Shown here: positions 13,401 through 29,100 of the stretch, piece after piece | Layout of the letters: every line of letters starts with the position of its first letter | Position numbering within the stretch: position 1 is the first letter of the stretch | From: Eledone cirrhosa | Taxonomy: Eukaryota | Length of the DNA stretch: 64,000 nucleotides | NCBI GenBank assembly: GCA_964016885.1 | Contig: OZ024743.1 | Location: 142,786,001-142,850,000 of the forward strand | Reading direction: 5' to 3' | Notes under the pieces: model-generated | What the model saw: the letters and a program-made list of their open reading frames with translations, nothing else | Told to the model about the DNA's origin: nothing | Database searches by the model: none | Made by a program: the position numbers and the translations under genes

Positions 13401-16200
13401 CCAGGCACCAAGCCCCAAACACCAAGCACCATCCACCAAACACCAAGCACCAAGCACGAAGCACCAAACACCAAGCACCAAGCACCAAACACTTAACACC
13501 AAGCACCAAGCACCAAGTACCAAACACCAAGCACCAAACACCAAACACCAAGCACCAAACACCAAGCACCAAGCACCAAACACCAAGCACCAAGCACCAA
13601 GCACCAAGAACCAAGCACCAAACACCAAGCACCAAGCACCAAGTACATACACCAAGCACCAAACACCAAACACAAAACATCAAGCACCAAGCAACAAGCA
13701 TCAAACACCAAGCATCAAACACCAAACACCAAGTACCAAGCACCAAACACCAAACACCAAGCACCAAGCACCAAGCACCAAACACCATACACCCAGCACC
13801 AAACAGCAAGCACAAAGCACCAAGCACCAAATACCAAGCACCAAACACCAAACACCAAGCACCAAGCACAAACACCAAACACTAAGCACCAAGCACCAAA
13901 CACCAAAACCCAAACACTAGACACCAAGCACGAAACACCAAACACCAAACACCAAGCACCAAGCACCAAACACTAATCACCAAGTACCAAGCACCAAACA
14001 ACAAGCACCAAGCATCAAACACCAAACACCAAACAGCAAGCACCAAACACCAAACACCAAACAACAAGCACCAGGCACCAAGCACCAAACACCAAACACC
14101 AAGCACCAAGCACCAAACACCAAGCACCAAGCACCAAACGCCAAACACCAAGCACCAAGCACCAAACACCAAGCACCAAATACGAAACAGCAAACACCAT
14201 ACAGCAAACACTAAATACCAAAAAGCAGACACCAAACAGCAAACACCAAACACCAAACACCAAGCACCAAGCACCAACCACCAAACTCCAAGCACCAAAG
14301 ACCAAGCACCAAGCACCAAGCACCAAACAACAAGCACCAAGCACCAAGCACCAAACACCAAGCACCAAGCACCAAACACCAACCACCCAGCACCAAGCAC
14401 CAAGCACCAAACACCAAGCACCAAACACCAAACACTAAACACCAAGCACAAAGCACCAAGCACCAAACACCAAGCCCCAAGCACCAAGCACCAAACACCA
14501 AACACCAAGCACCAAGCACCAAACACCAAGCCCCAAGCACCAAGCACCAAACACCAACACCAAGCACCAAGCACCAAACACCAAACACCAAGCACCAAAC
14601 ACCAAACACCAAGCACCAAGGACCCAACATCAAACACCAAGCACCAAGCACCAAACACCAAACACCAAGCCCCAAGCACCAGGCACCAAGCACCGAACAC
14701 CAAGCCCCAAACACCAAGCACCAAACACCAAGCACCAAACACCAAGCACCAAGCACCAAGCACCAAACACCAAGCACCAAGCACCAAGCACCAAACACCA
14801 AACAGCAAGCACCAAGCACCAAACACCAAGCACCAAGCACTAAGCCCCTAGCACCAAACAACAAACACCAAGCATCAAGCACAAAACACCAAGCAACAAA
14901 CACCAAGCAGCAAGCAGCAAGCACCAAACACCAAACAACAAGCACCAAGCACCAAACACCAAACACCAAGCACCAAGGACCAAACATCAAACACCAAGCC
15001 CCAAGCACCTATCACCTAACACCGGGCACCAAGCATCAAGCACCAATCACCAAACACCAAGCACCAATCACCAAACACCAAGCACCAAGCACCAAACACC
15101 AAGCACCAGGCACCAAGCACCAAACACCAAGTACCAAGTACCAAACACCAAACACCAAGCACCAAACACCAAGCACTAAGCACCAAGCACGAAACACCAG
15201 GCACCAAGCACCAAGCACCAAACTCCAGACACCAAACACCAAGCACGCAGCACCAAACACCAAGCACCAACAACCAAGCACCAAGCACCAAACACCAAAC
15301 ACCAAACACCAAGCACCAAGCGCAAAACACCAAGCACCAATCACCAAGCACCAAAACCCAAGCAGCAAGCAGCAAGCACCAAACACCAAGCACCAAGCAC
15401 CAAACACCAAACACCACACACCAAGCACCAAACACCAAACACCAAGCACCAAGGACCAAACATCAAACACCAAGCACCAAGCACCAAACACCTAACACCA
15501 AGCACCAGGCACCAAGCACCAAGCACCAAACACCAAGCACCAAACACCAAGCACCAAGACCGAAGCACCAAACACCAAGCACCAAACTCCAAACACAAAA
15601 CACCAAGCACCAAGCAGCAAGCACCAAACACCAAACACCAAGCACCAAGCACCAAACACCAAACACCAAGCACCAAGGACCAAACATCAAACACCAAGCA
15701 CCAAGCACTAAACACCTAACACCAAGCACCAAGCACCAAGCACCAAGCACCAAACACCAAGCACCAAGCACCAAACACCAAGCACCAAGCACCAAGCACC
15801 AAACACCAAGCACCAAGCACCAAACACCAAACAACAAGCACCAGGCACCAAACAACAAGCACCAGTCACCAAGCTCCAATCACCAAACACCAAGCACCAA
15901 GCACCAAACACCAAACACCAAGAACGCAGCATCAAACACCAAGCACCAAGCACCAAGCACCAAACACCAAGCACCAAGCACCAAGCACCAAATACCAAAC
16001 ACCAAACACCAAGCACCAAACACCAAACACCAAGCACCAAGCACCAAGCACGAAACACCAGGCACCAAGCACCAAGGACCAAAATCCAAACACCAAGCAC
16101 CAAACACCAGCCACCAAGCACCAAGCACCAAACACCAAACAGCAAACACCAAACAGCAAACACCAAACACCAAACAGCAAACAGTAAACGCCAAACACCA
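4246..16200 (+). repeat. ~5.0-kb HOR, about 2.6 copies (starts ~4246, ~9246, ~13021); middle copy lacks ~1.16 kb
   Basis: ORF offsets are 5000 (4409/9409, 4606/9606, 5202/10202), 3775 (7988/11763, 9088/12863, 10202/13977), 3838 (ends 7461/11299) and 8775-8782 (4409/13184, 6254/15036, 6710/15492). Block order is a-b-c | a-c | a-b-c(partial), with b ~5980-7150. Confidence 0.9.
4407..4721 (+). repeat. Representative copy of the recurrent 44-monomer core module (cattaaa ... cactaat-aaccaag ... cacctag ... caccatg ... cacgaag ... cacttaa)
   Basis: Minus-strand stop pairs lie 309 bp apart at 4409/4718, 8178/8487, 9409/9718, 11953/12262, 13184/13493, 24000/24309, 38289/38598, 41940/42249, 44494/44803, 48109/48418, 53382/53691 and 57025/57334. 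Variants with -7 bp (36351/36653, 52836/53138) and -21 bp (28210/28498, 33295/33583) also occur. Confidence 0.9.
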
Positions 16201-19200
16201 AGCACCAAGCACCAAACACCAAACCCCAAGCACCAAAGACCAAGCACCAAGCACCAAGGACCAAACACCAAGCACCAAGCATCAAGCACCAAGCACCAAA
16301 CACCAAGCAACAAGCACCAAACACCCAGCACCAAGCACCAAGCACCAAACACCAAGCACCAAGCACCAAACACCAAACACCAAACACCAAGCACCAAGCA
16401 CCAAACAGCAAGCACCAAACACCAAACACCAAACACCAAACACCAAACAGCAAGCACCAAACACCAAACAGCAAAGAGCAAACGCCAAGCACCAAGCACC
16501 AAGCACCAAGCACCAAACACCAAGCACCAAGCACCAAGCATTAAACACCAAACAGCAAACACCAAACACGAAGCAGCAAACACCATACAGCAAACACCAA
16601 ACACCAAGCACCAAGCACCAAACACCAAACCCCAAGCACCAAGCACCAAACACTAATAACCAAGCACCAAGCACCAAGCACCAAACACCAAGCACCAAGC
16701 ACCAAGCACCAAACACCAAAACCAAGCACCAAGCACCTAGCACCAAAGACAAAGCACCAGGCACCAAGCCTCAAACACCAAGCACCATGCACCAAACACC
16801 AAGCACCAAGCACGAAGCACCAAACACGAATCAGCAAACACCATACAGCAAAACCCAAACACTAGACACGAAGCACGAAACACCAAACACCAAGCACCAA
16901 GCACCAAAGACTAATAACCAAGCACCAAGCACCAAACAACAAGCACCAAGCACCAAGCACCAGGCACCAAGCACCAAGCACCAAACACAGAACACCAAGC
17001 ACCAAGCACCAAGCAGCAAAATCCAAGCATCAAACACCAAACACCAAACACCAAGCACCAAACACCAAACACCAAGCACTAAGCACCAAGCACCAAGCAC
17101 CAATCACCAAACACCAAGCACCAAGCACCAAACACTAAACACCAGGCACCAAGCACCAAACACCAAGCACCAAGCACCAAACACCAAACACCAAGCACCA
17201 AAGACCAAGCACCAAGCACCAAACAACAAGCACCAAGCACCAAGCACCAAACACCAAGCACCAAGCACCAAGCACCAAAAACCAAGCACCAAGCACCAAG
17301 CACCAAACACCAAACACCAAGCACCAAAGACCAAGCACCAAGCACCAAACAACAAACACCAAGCCCCAAGCACCAAGCACCAAGCACCAAGCCCCAAACA
17401 CCAAGCACCAAACACCAAGCACCAAACACCAAACACTAAGTCCCACGCACCAAGCACCAAACACCAAACAGCAAGCACCAAGCACCAAACACCAAGCACC
17501 AAGCACTAAGCCCCTAGCACCAAACACCAAACACCAAGCACCAAGCACAAAACACCAAGCACCAATCACCAAGCACCAAACACCAAGCAGCAAGCAGCAA
17601 GCACCAAACACCAAACACCAAGCACCAAACACCAAACACCAAGCACCAATGACCAAACATCAAACACCAAGCACCAAGCACCAAACACCTAACACCAAGC
17701 ACCAAGCATCAAGCACCAATCACCAAACACCAAGCACCAATCACCAAACACCAAGCACCAAGCACCAAACACCAAGCACCAAGCACCAAAGACTAATAAC
17801 CAAGCACCAAGCACCAAACAACATGCACCAAGCACCAAACACAGAACACCAAGCACCAAGCACCAAGCACCAAGCAGCAAAAACCAAGCATCAAACACCA
17901 AACACCAAACACCAAGCACCAAACACCAAACACCAAGCACTAAGCACCAAGCACCAAGCACCAATCACCAAACACCAAGCACCAAGCACCAAACACTAAA
18001 CACCAGGCACCAAGCACCAAACACCAAGCACCAAGCACCAAACACCAAACACCAAGCACCAAAGACCAAGCACCAAGCACCAAACAACAAACACCAAGCA
18101 CCAAGCACCAAACACCAAGCACCAAGCACCAAGCACCAAAAACCAAGCACCAAGCACCAAGCACCAAACAACAAACACCAAGCACCAAAGACCAAGCACA
18201 AAGCACCAAACAACAAACACCAAGCCCCAAGCACCAAGCACCAAGCACCGAACACCAAGCCCCAAACACCAAGCACCAAACACCAAGCACCAAACACCAA
18301 ACACTAAGTCCCACGCACCAAGCACCAAACACCAAACAGCAAGCACCAAGCACTAAGCCCCTAGCACCAAACACCAAACACCAAGCACCAAGCACAAAAC
18401 ACCAAGCACAAATCACCAAGCACCAAACACCAATCAGCAAGCAGCAAGCACCAAACACCAAACACCAAGCACCAAGCACCAAACACCAAACACCAAGCAC
18501 CAAGGACCAAACATCAAACACCAAGCACCAAGCACCAAACACCTAACACCAAGCACCAAGCATCAAGCACCAATCACCAAACACCAAGCACCAATCACCA
18601 AACACCAAGCACCAAGCACCAAACACCAAGCACCAGGCACCAAGCACCAAACACCAAGTACCAAACACCAAACACCAAGCACCAAACACCAAACACCAAG
18701 CACCAAGCACCAAGCACGAAACACCAGGCACCAAGCACCAAGCACCAAACTCCAGACACCAAACACCAAGCACGCAGCACCAAACACCAAGCACCAAGCA
18801 CCAAGCACCAAGCACCAAGCACCAAACACCAAACACCAAACACCAAGCACCAAGCACAAAACACCAAGCACCAATCACCAAGCACCAAAACCCAAGCAGC
18901 AAGCACCAAGCACCAAACACCAAACACCAAGCATCAAGCACCAAACACCAAACACCAAGCGCCAAGGACCAAACATCAAACACCAAGCACCAAGCACCAA
19001 ACACCTAACACCAAGCACCAAGCACCAAACACCAAACACCAAGCACCAATCATCAAACACCAAGCACCAAGCACCAAACAACAAGCACCAGGCAACAAGC
19101 ACCAAACACCAAGCACCAAACACCAAGCACCAAGACCGAAGCACCAAACACCAAGCACCAAACTCCAAACACAAAACACCAAGCACCAAGCAGCAAGCAC

Positions 19201-22200
19201 CAAACACCAAACACCAAGCACCAAGCAACAAGCACCAAACACCAAGCACCAAGCACCAAACACCTAACACCAAGCACCAAGCACCAAGCACCAAACACCA
19301 AGCACCAAACACCAAGCACCAAGCACCAAACACCAAGCACCAAGCACCAAACACCAAGTACCAAGCACCAAGCACCAAACACCAAGCACCAAGCACCAAA
19401 CACCAAACAACAAGCACGAGGCACCAAACAACAAGCACCAGGCACCAAGCTCCAAACAACAAACACCAAGCATCAAGCACCAAACACCAAACACCAAGCA
19501 CGCAGCATCAAACACCAAGCACCAAGCACCAAGCACCAAACACCAAGCACCAAGCACCAAGCACCAAATACCAAACACCAAGCACCAAACACCAAACACC
19601 AAGCACCAAGCACCAAGCACGAAACACCAGGCACCAAGCACCAAGCACCAAAATTCAAACACCAAGCACCAAACACCAGCCACCAAGCACCAAGCACCAA
19701 ACACCAAACAGCAAACACCAAACACCAAGCACCAAGCACCAAGCACCAAGCACGAAACACCAAACACCAAGCACCAAGCACCAAACACCAAACCCCAAGC
19801 ACCAAAGACCAAGCACCAAGCACCAAGGACCAAACACCAAGCACCAAGCGTCAAGCACCAAGCACCAAACACCAAGCAACAAGCACCAAACACCCAGCAC
19901 CAAGCACCAAGCACCAAACACCAAGCACCAAGCACCAAACACCAAACACCAAACACCAAGCACCAAGCACCAAACAGCAAGCACCAAACACCAAACACCA
20001 AACACCAAACACCAAACAGCAAGCACCAAACACCAAACAGCAAAGAGCAAACGCCAAGCACCAAACACCAAGCACCAAGCACCAAACACCAAGCACCAAG
20101 CACCAAGCATTAAACACCAAACAGCAAACACCAAACACGAAACAGCAAACACCATACAGCAAACACCAAACACCAAGCACCAAGCACCAAACACCAAACC
20201 CCAAGCACCGAGCACCAAACACTAATAACCAAGCACCAAGCACCAAGCACCAAACACCAAGCACCAAGCACCAAGCACCAAACACCAAAGACCAAGCACC
20301 AAGCACCTAGCACCAAACACAAAGCACCAGGCACCAAGCCTCAAACACCAAGCACCATGCACCAAACACCAAGCACCAAGCACGAAGCACCAAACACGAA
20401 ACAGCAAACACCATACAGCAAAACCCAAACACTAGACACGAAGCACGAAACACCAAACACCAAGCACCAAGCACCAAAGACTAATAACCAAGCACCAAGC
20501 ACCAAACAACAAGCACCAAGCATCAAGCACCAGGCACCAAGCACCAAGCACCAAACACAGAACACCAAGCACCAAGCACCAAGCAGCAAAAACCAAGCAT
20601 CAAACACCAAACACCAAACACCAAGCACCAAACACCAAACACCAAGCACTAAGCACCAAGCACCAAGCACCAATCACCAAACACCAAGCACCAAGCACCA
20701 AACACTAAACACCAGGCACCAAGCACCAAACACCAAGCACCAAGCACCAAACACCAAACACCAAGCACCAAAGACCAAGCACCAAGCACCAAACAACAAG
20801 CACCAAGCACCAAGCACCAAACACCAAGCACCAAGCACCAAGCACCAAAAACCAAGCACCAAGCACCAAGCACCAAACACCAAACACCAAGCACCAAAGA
20901 CCAAGCACCAAGCACCAAACAACAAACACCAAGCCCCAAGCACCAAGCACCAAGCACCAAGCCCCAAACACCAAGCACCAAACACCAAGCACCAAACACC
21001 AAACACTAAGTCCCACGCACCAAGCACCAAACACCAAACAGCAAGCACCAAGCACCAAACACCAAGCACCAAGCACTAAGCTCCTAGCACCAAACACCAA
21101 ACACCAAGCACCAAGCACAAAACACCAAGCACCAATCACCAAGCACCAAACACCAAGCAGCAAGCAGCAAGCACCAAACACCAAACACCAAGCACCAAAC
21201 ACCAAACACCAAGCACCAATGACCAAACATCAAACACCAAGCACCAAGCACCAAACACCTAACACCAAGCACCAAGCATCAAGCACCAATCACCAAACAC
21301 CAAGCACCAATCACCAAACACCAAGCACCAAGCACCAAACACCAAGCACCAGGCACCAAGCACCAAACACCAAGTACCAAACACCAAACACCAAGCACCA
21401 AGCACCAAGCACGAAACACCAGGCACCAAGCACCAAGCACCAAACTCCAGACACCAAACACCAAGCACGCAGCACCAAACACCAAGCACCAAGCACCAAG
21501 CACCAAGCACCAAGCACCAAACACCAAACACCAAGCACCAAGCACAAAACACCAAGCACCAATTAACAAGCACCAAAACCCAAGCAGCAAGCAGCAAGCA
21601 CCAAACACCAAGCACCAAGCACCAAACACCAAACACCAAGCACCAAGCACCAAACACCAAACACCAAGCACCAAGGACCAAACATCAAACACCAAGCACC
21701 AAGCACCAAACACCTAACACCAAGCACCAAGCACCAAGCACCAAGCACCAAACACCAAGCACCAATCATCAAACACCAAGCACCAAGCACCAAACAACAA
21801 GCACCAGGCACCAAGCACCAAACACCAAGCACCAAGCACCAAACACCAAGCACCAAGACCGAAGCACCAAACACCAAACACCAAACTCCAAACACAAAAC
21901 ACCAAGCACCAAGCAGCAAGCACCAAACACCAAACACCAAGCACCAAGCACCAAACACCAAACACCAAGTACCAAGGACCAAACATCAAACACCAAGCAC
22001 CAAGCACCAAACACCTAACACCAAGCACCAAGCACCAAGCACCAAGCACCAAACACCAAGCACCAAACGCCAAGCACCAAGCACCAAACACCAAGCACCA
22101 AGCACCAAACACCAAGCACCAAGCACCAAGCACCAAACACCAAGCACCAAGCACCAAACACCAAACAACAAGCACGAGGCACCAAACAACAAGCAGCAGG

Positions 22201-22560
22201 CACCAAGCTCCAAACAACAAACACCAAGCATCAAGCACCAAACACCAAACACCAAGCACGCAGCATCAAACACCAAGCACCAAGCACCAAGCACCAAACA
22301 CCAAGCACCAAGCACCAAGCACCAAATACCAAACACCAAGCACCAAACACCAAACACCAAGCACCAAGCACCAAGCACCAAACACCAGGCACCAAGCACC
22401 AAGCACCAAAATCCAAACACCAAGCACCAAACACCAGCCACCAAGCACCAAGCACCAAACACCAAACAGCAAACACCAAACAGCAAACACCAAACACCAA
22501 ACAGCAAACAGCAAACGCCAAACACCAAGCACCAAGCACCAAGCACGAAACACCAAGCAC
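16195..22560 (+). repeat. ~3.57-kb / ~2.75-kb HOR pair; first copy carries an internal ~0.87-kb duplication
   Basis: Offsets are 3570 (16787/20357, 17079/20649, 17514/21084, 17649/21219), then 2758 (19473/22231). The marker gtcccacg lies at 17440 and 18308 (868 bp = 124 monomers) and again at 21010. Confidence 0.85.
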
Positions 22561-24169
22561 CAAGCACCAAGCACCAAACAGCAAACACGAAACACAAAAC
22601 AGCAAACACCATACAACAAACACCAAACAGCAAATACCAAACACCAAACCCCAAGCACCAAGCACCAAACACTAATCACCAAGCACCAAGCACCAAGCAC
22701 CAAACGCCAAGCACCAAGCACCAAGCACAAACACCAAACACCAAACAGCAAACACCAAGCACCAAAGGCCAAGCACCAAGCACCAAGCACCAAGCACCAA
22801 ACAATAAGCACCAAGCACCAAGCACCAAACACCAAGCACCAAGCACCAAACATCAACCACCCAGCACCAAGCACCAAGCACCAAACACCAAGCACCAAAC
22901 ACCAAGCAGCAAGCACCAAACACCAAGCCCCAAGCACCAAGCACCAAACACCAAGCACCAAGCACCAAACACCAAGCACCAAGCACCTAGCACCAAACAC
23001 CAAACACCAAGCACGAAGCACCAAACACCAAGCACCAAGCACCAAACACTTAACACCAAGCACCAAGCACCAAGCACCAAACACCAAGCACCAAACACCA
23101 AACACCAAGCACCAAGTACCAAACACCAAGCACCAAGCACCAAACACCAAGCACCAAGCACCAAACACCAAGCACCAAGCACGAAGCACCAAATACCAAG
23201 CACCAAGCACCAAACACTTAACACCAAGCACCAAGCACCAAGCACCAAACACCAAGCACCAAACACCAAACACCAAGCACCAAGTACCAAACACCAAGCA
23301 CCAAGCACCAAACACCAAGCACCAAGCACCAAACACCAAGAACCAAGCACCAAACACCAAGCACCAAGCACCAAGTACATACACCAAGCACCAAACACCA
23401 AGCACCAAACACCAAGCACCAAGCACCAAACACCAAACACCAAACACCAAACACCAAACACCAAGCACCAAGCACCAAACACCAAACACCAAACAGCAAG
23501 CACCAAGCACCAAACACCAAGCACCAAGCACCAAACAACAAACACCAAGCACCATGCAACAAACACTAATCACCAAGCACCAAGCACCAAACACCAAGCA
23601 CCAAGCAGCAAGCACCAAACACCAAACACCAAGCACCAAGCCTCAAGCACCAAACACCAAGCACCAAGCACCAAACACCAAACCCCAAGCACCAAAGACC
23701 AAGCACCAAGCACCAAGGACCAAACACCAAGCACCATACATCAAGCACCAAGCACCAAACACCAAGCAACAAGCACCAAACACCCAGCACCAAGCACCAA
23801 GCACCAAACACCAAGCACCAAGCACCAAACACCAAACACCAAACACCAAGCACCAAGCAACAAACAGCAAGCACCAAACACCAAACACCAAACACCAAAC
23901 ACCAAACAGCAAGCACCAAACTCCAAAAAGCAAAGAGCAAACGCCAAGCACCAAGCACCAAGCACCAAGCACCAAATACCAAGCACCAAGCACCATGCAT
24001 TAAACACCAAACAGCAAACACCAAACACGAAACAGCAAACACCATACAGCAAACACCAAACACCAAGCACCAAGCACCAAACACCAAACCCCAAGCACCA
24101 AGCACCAAACACTAATAACCAAGCACCAAGCACCAAGCACCAAACACCAAGCACCAAGCACCAAGCACC

Positions 24170-24970
24170 AAACACCAAAGACCAAGCACCAAGCACCTAG
24201 CACCAAACACAAAGCACCAGGCACCAAGCCTCAAACACCAAGCACCATGCACCAAACACCAAGCACCAAGCACGAAGCACCAAACACCAAGCACCAAGCA
24301 CCAAACACTTAACACCAAGCACCAAGCACCAAGTACCAAACACCAAGCACCAAACACCAAACACCAAACACCAAGCACCAAACACCAAGCACCAAGCACC
24401 AAACACCAAGCACCAAGCACCAAGCACCAAACACCAAGAACCAAGCACCAAACACCAAGCACCAAGCACCAAGTACATACACCAAGCACCAAACACCAAA
24501 CACAAAACACCAAGCACCAATCAACAAGCATCAAACAGCAAGCATCAAACACCAAACACCAAGTACCAAGCACCAAACACCAAAGACCAAGCACCAAGCA
24601 CCTAGCACCAAACACAAAGCACCAGGCACCAAGCCTCAAACACCAAGCACCATGCACCAAACACCAAGCACCAAGCACGAAGCACCAAACACCAAGCACC
24701 AAGCACCAAACACTTAACACCAAGCACCAAGCACCAAGTACCAAACACCAAGCACCAAACACCAAACACCAAGCACCAAACACCAAGCACCAAGCACCAA
24801 ACACCAAGCACTAAGCACCAAGCACCAAACACCAAGAACCAAGCACCAAACACCAAGCACCAAGCACCAAGTAGATACACCAAGCACCAAACACCAAACA
24901 CAAAACACCAAGCACCAATCAACAAGCATCAAACACCAAGCATCAAACACCAAACACCAAGTACCAAGCA
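24170..24970 (+). repeat. ~400-bp local tandem duplication
   Basis: cacctag at 24197/24602 and cacttaa at 24309/24714 (ORF stop positions, offset 405 = 58x7 - 1). Private marker caccaat-caacaag at 24515/24913 and tacata/tagata at 24474/24872 (offset 398). Confidence 0.85.
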
Positions 24971-26199
24971 CCAAACACCAAACACCAAGCACCAAGCACC
25001 AAGCACCAAACACCATACACCCAGCACCAAACACCAAGCACAAAGCACCAAGCACCAAACACCAAGCACCAAACACCAAACACCAAGCACCAAGCACCAA
25101 ACACCAAACACCAAGCCCCAAGCACCAAAAACCTAACACCAAGTACCAAGCACCAAGCACCAAGCACCGAACATCAAGCACCAAACACCAAGCACCAAAC
25201 ACCAAGCACCAAGCACCAAACACCAAACACCAAGCACCAAGCACCAAGCACCAAACTCCAAGCACCAGGCACCAAGCCCCAAACATCAAGCACCATGCAC
25301 CAAACACTAAGCACCAAGCACGAAGCACCAAACACCAAACACCTAGCACCAAGTACCAAACACCAAGCACCAAGCACCAAACACCAAGCACCAAACACCA
25401 AGCACCAAACACCAAGAACCAAGCACCAAGCACCAAGCACCAAGCACATACACCAAGCACCAAACACCAAGCACCAAACACCAAGCACCAAGCACCAAAC
25501 ACCAAACACCAAACACCAAAGACCAAGCACCAAGCACCAAACACCAAACACCAAACAGCAAGCACCAAGCACCAAACACCAAGCACCAAGCACCAAACAA
25601 CAAACACCAAGCACCAAGTACCAAACACTAATCACCAAGCACCAAGCACCAAACACCAAGCACCAAGCAGCAAGCAACAAACACCAAACACCAAGCACCA
25701 CGCACCAAGCACCAAACACCAAATCCCAAGCACCAAAGACCAAGCACCAAGCACCAAGGACCAAACACCAAGCACCAAGCATCAAGCACCAAGCACCAAA
25801 CACCAAGCACCAAGCACCAAACACCCAGCACCAAGCACCAAGCACCAAACACCAAGCACCTAGCACCAAACACAAAACACCAAACAGCAAGCACCAAACA
25901 CCAAACAGCAAAGAGCAAACGCCAAACATCAAGCACCAAGCACCAAGCACCAAACACCATGCACCAAGCATTAAACACGAAACAGCAAACACCATACAGC
26001 AAACACCAAGCACCAAGCACCAAACACCAAACCCCAAGCACCAAGCACCAAACACTAATAACCAAGCACCAAGCACCAATCACCAAGCACCAAACACCAA
26101 GCACCAAGCACCAACACCAAACACCAAAGACCAAGCACCAAGCACCATGCACCAAACACCAAGCACCAAGCACGAAGCACCAAACACCAAGCACCAAGC

Positions 26200-29100
26200 A
26201 CCAAACACTTAACACCAAGCACCAAGCACCAAGTACCAAACACCAAGCACCAAACACCAAACACCAAGCACCAAACACCAAACACAAAACACAGAAGCAC
26301 CAAGCAACAAGCATCAAACACCAAGCATCAAACACCAAACACCAAGTACCAAGCACCAAACACCAAACACCAAGCACCAAGCACCAAGCACCAAACACCA
26401 TACACCCAACACCAAACACCAAGCACAAAGCACCAAGCACCAAACACCAAGCACCAAACACCAAACACCAAGCACCAAGCACCAAACACCAAACACCAAT
26501 CTCCAAGCACCAAAAACCTAACACCAAGTACCAAGCACCAAGCACCAAGCACCGAACACCAAGCACCAAACACCAAGCACCAAACACCAAGCACCAAGCA
26601 CCAAACACCAAACACCAAGCACCAAGCACCAAGCACCAAACACCAAGCACCAGGCACCAAGCCCCAAACATCAAGCACCATGCACCAAACACCAAGCACC
26701 AAGCACGAAGCACCAAACACCAAGCACCATGCACCAAACACTTAACACCAAGCACCAAGCACCAAGCACCAAACACCAAGCACCAAACACCAAACACCAA
26801 GCACCAAGTACCAAACACCAAGCACCAAGCACCAAACACCAAGCACCAAACACCAAGCACCAAACACCAAGAACCAAGCAACAAACACCAAGCACCAAGC
26901 ACCAAGTACATACACCAAGAACCAAACACCAAGCACCAAACACCAAGCACCAAGCACCAAACACCAAACACCAAGCAGCAAGCACCAAACACCAAACACC
27001 AAGCACCAAGCACCAAGCACCAAACACCGAGCACCATGCACCAAGCACCAAACACCAAACCCCAAGCACCAAAGACCAAGCACCAAGAACCAAGGACCTA
27101 ACACCAAGCACCAAGCACCAAACACCCAGCACCAAGCACCAAGCACCAAACAGCAAGCACCAAACACCAAACACCAAACACCAAGCACCAAACAGCAAGC
27201 ACCAAACACCAAACAGCAAAGAGCAAACGCCAAACACCAAGCACCAAGCACCAAGCACCAAACACCAAGCACCAAGCACCAAGCATTAAACACCAAACAG
27301 CAAACACCAAACACGAAACAGCAAACACCATACAGCAAACACCAAACACCAAGCACCAAGCACCAAACACCAAACCCCAAGCACCAAGCACCAAACACTA
27401 ATAACCAAGCACCAAGCACCAAGCACCAAACACCAAGCACCAAGCACCAAGCACCAAACACCAAAGACCAAGCACCAAGCACCTAGCACCAAACACAAAG
27501 CACCAGGCACCAAGCCCCAAACACCAAGGACCATGCACCAAACACCAAGAACCAAGCACGAAGCACCAAACACCAAGCACCAAGCACCAAACACTTAACA
27601 CCAAGCACCAAGCACCAAGTACCAAACACCAAGCACCAAGCACCAAGCACCAAACACCAAGCACCAGGCACCAAGCCCCAAACATCAAGCACCATGCACC
27701 AAACACCAAGCACCAAGCACGAAGCACCAAACACCAAGCACCATGCACCAAACACTTAACACCAAGCACCAAGCACCAAGCACCAAACACCAAGCACCAA
27801 ACACCAAACACCAAGCACCAAACACCAAGAACCAAGCACCAAACACCAAGCACCAAGCACCAAACAACAAACACCAAGCACCATGCACCAAACACTAATC
27901 ACCAAGGACCAAGCACCAAGCACCAAGCAGCAAGCACCAAACACCAAACACCAAGCACCAAGCACCAAGCACCAAACACCGAGCACCAAGCACCAAACAC
28001 CAAACCCCAAGCACCAAAGACCAAGCACCAAGCACCAAGGACCAAACACCAAGCACCAAGCACCAAACACCCAGCACCAAGCACCAAACACCCAGCACCA
28101 AACACCAAACACCAAACAGCAAGCACCAAACACCAAACAGCAAAGAGCAAACGCCAAACACCAAGCACCAAGCACCAAGCACCAAACACCAAGCACCAAG
28201 CACCAAGCATTAAACACCAAACAGCAAACACCAAACACGAAACAGCAAACACCATACAGCAAACACCAAACACCAAGCACCAAGCACCAAGCACCAAACA
28301 CTAATAACCAAGCACCAAGCACCAAGCACCAAACACCAAGCACCAAGCACCAAGCACCAAACACCAAAGACCAAGCACCAAGCACCTAGCACCAAACACA
28401 AAGCACCAGGCACCAAGCCCCAAACACCAAGCACCATGCACCAAACACCAAGAACCAAGCACGAAGCACCAAACACCAAGCACCAAGCACCAAACACTTA
28501 ACACCAAGCACCAAGCACCAAGTACCAAACACCAAGCACCAAACACCAAACACCAAGCACCAAACACCAGGCACCAAGCACCAAACACCAAGAACCAAGC
28601 ACCAAACACCAAGCACCAAGCACCAAGTACATACACCAAGCACCAAACACCAAACACAAAACACCAAGCACCAAGCAACAAGCATCAAACACCAAGCATC
28701 AAACACCAAACACCAAGTACCAAGCACCAAACACCAAACACCAAGCACCAAGCACCAAGCACCAAACACCATACACCCAGCACCAAACACCAAGCACAAA
28801 GCACCCAGCACCAAACACCAAGCACCAAACACCAAGCACCAAGCACCAAACACCAAACACTAAGCACCAAGCACCAAACACCAAAACCCAAACACTAGAC
28901 ACCAAGCACGAAACACCAAACACCAAACACCAAACACCAAACACCAAGCACTAAGCACCAAGCACCAAGCACCAATCAGCAAACACCAAGCACCAAGCAC
29001 CAAACACCAAGCACCAGGCACCAAGCACCAAACACCAAGCACCAAGCACCAAACACCAAACAACAAGCACCAAGCACCAAGCACCAAACACCAAGCACCA

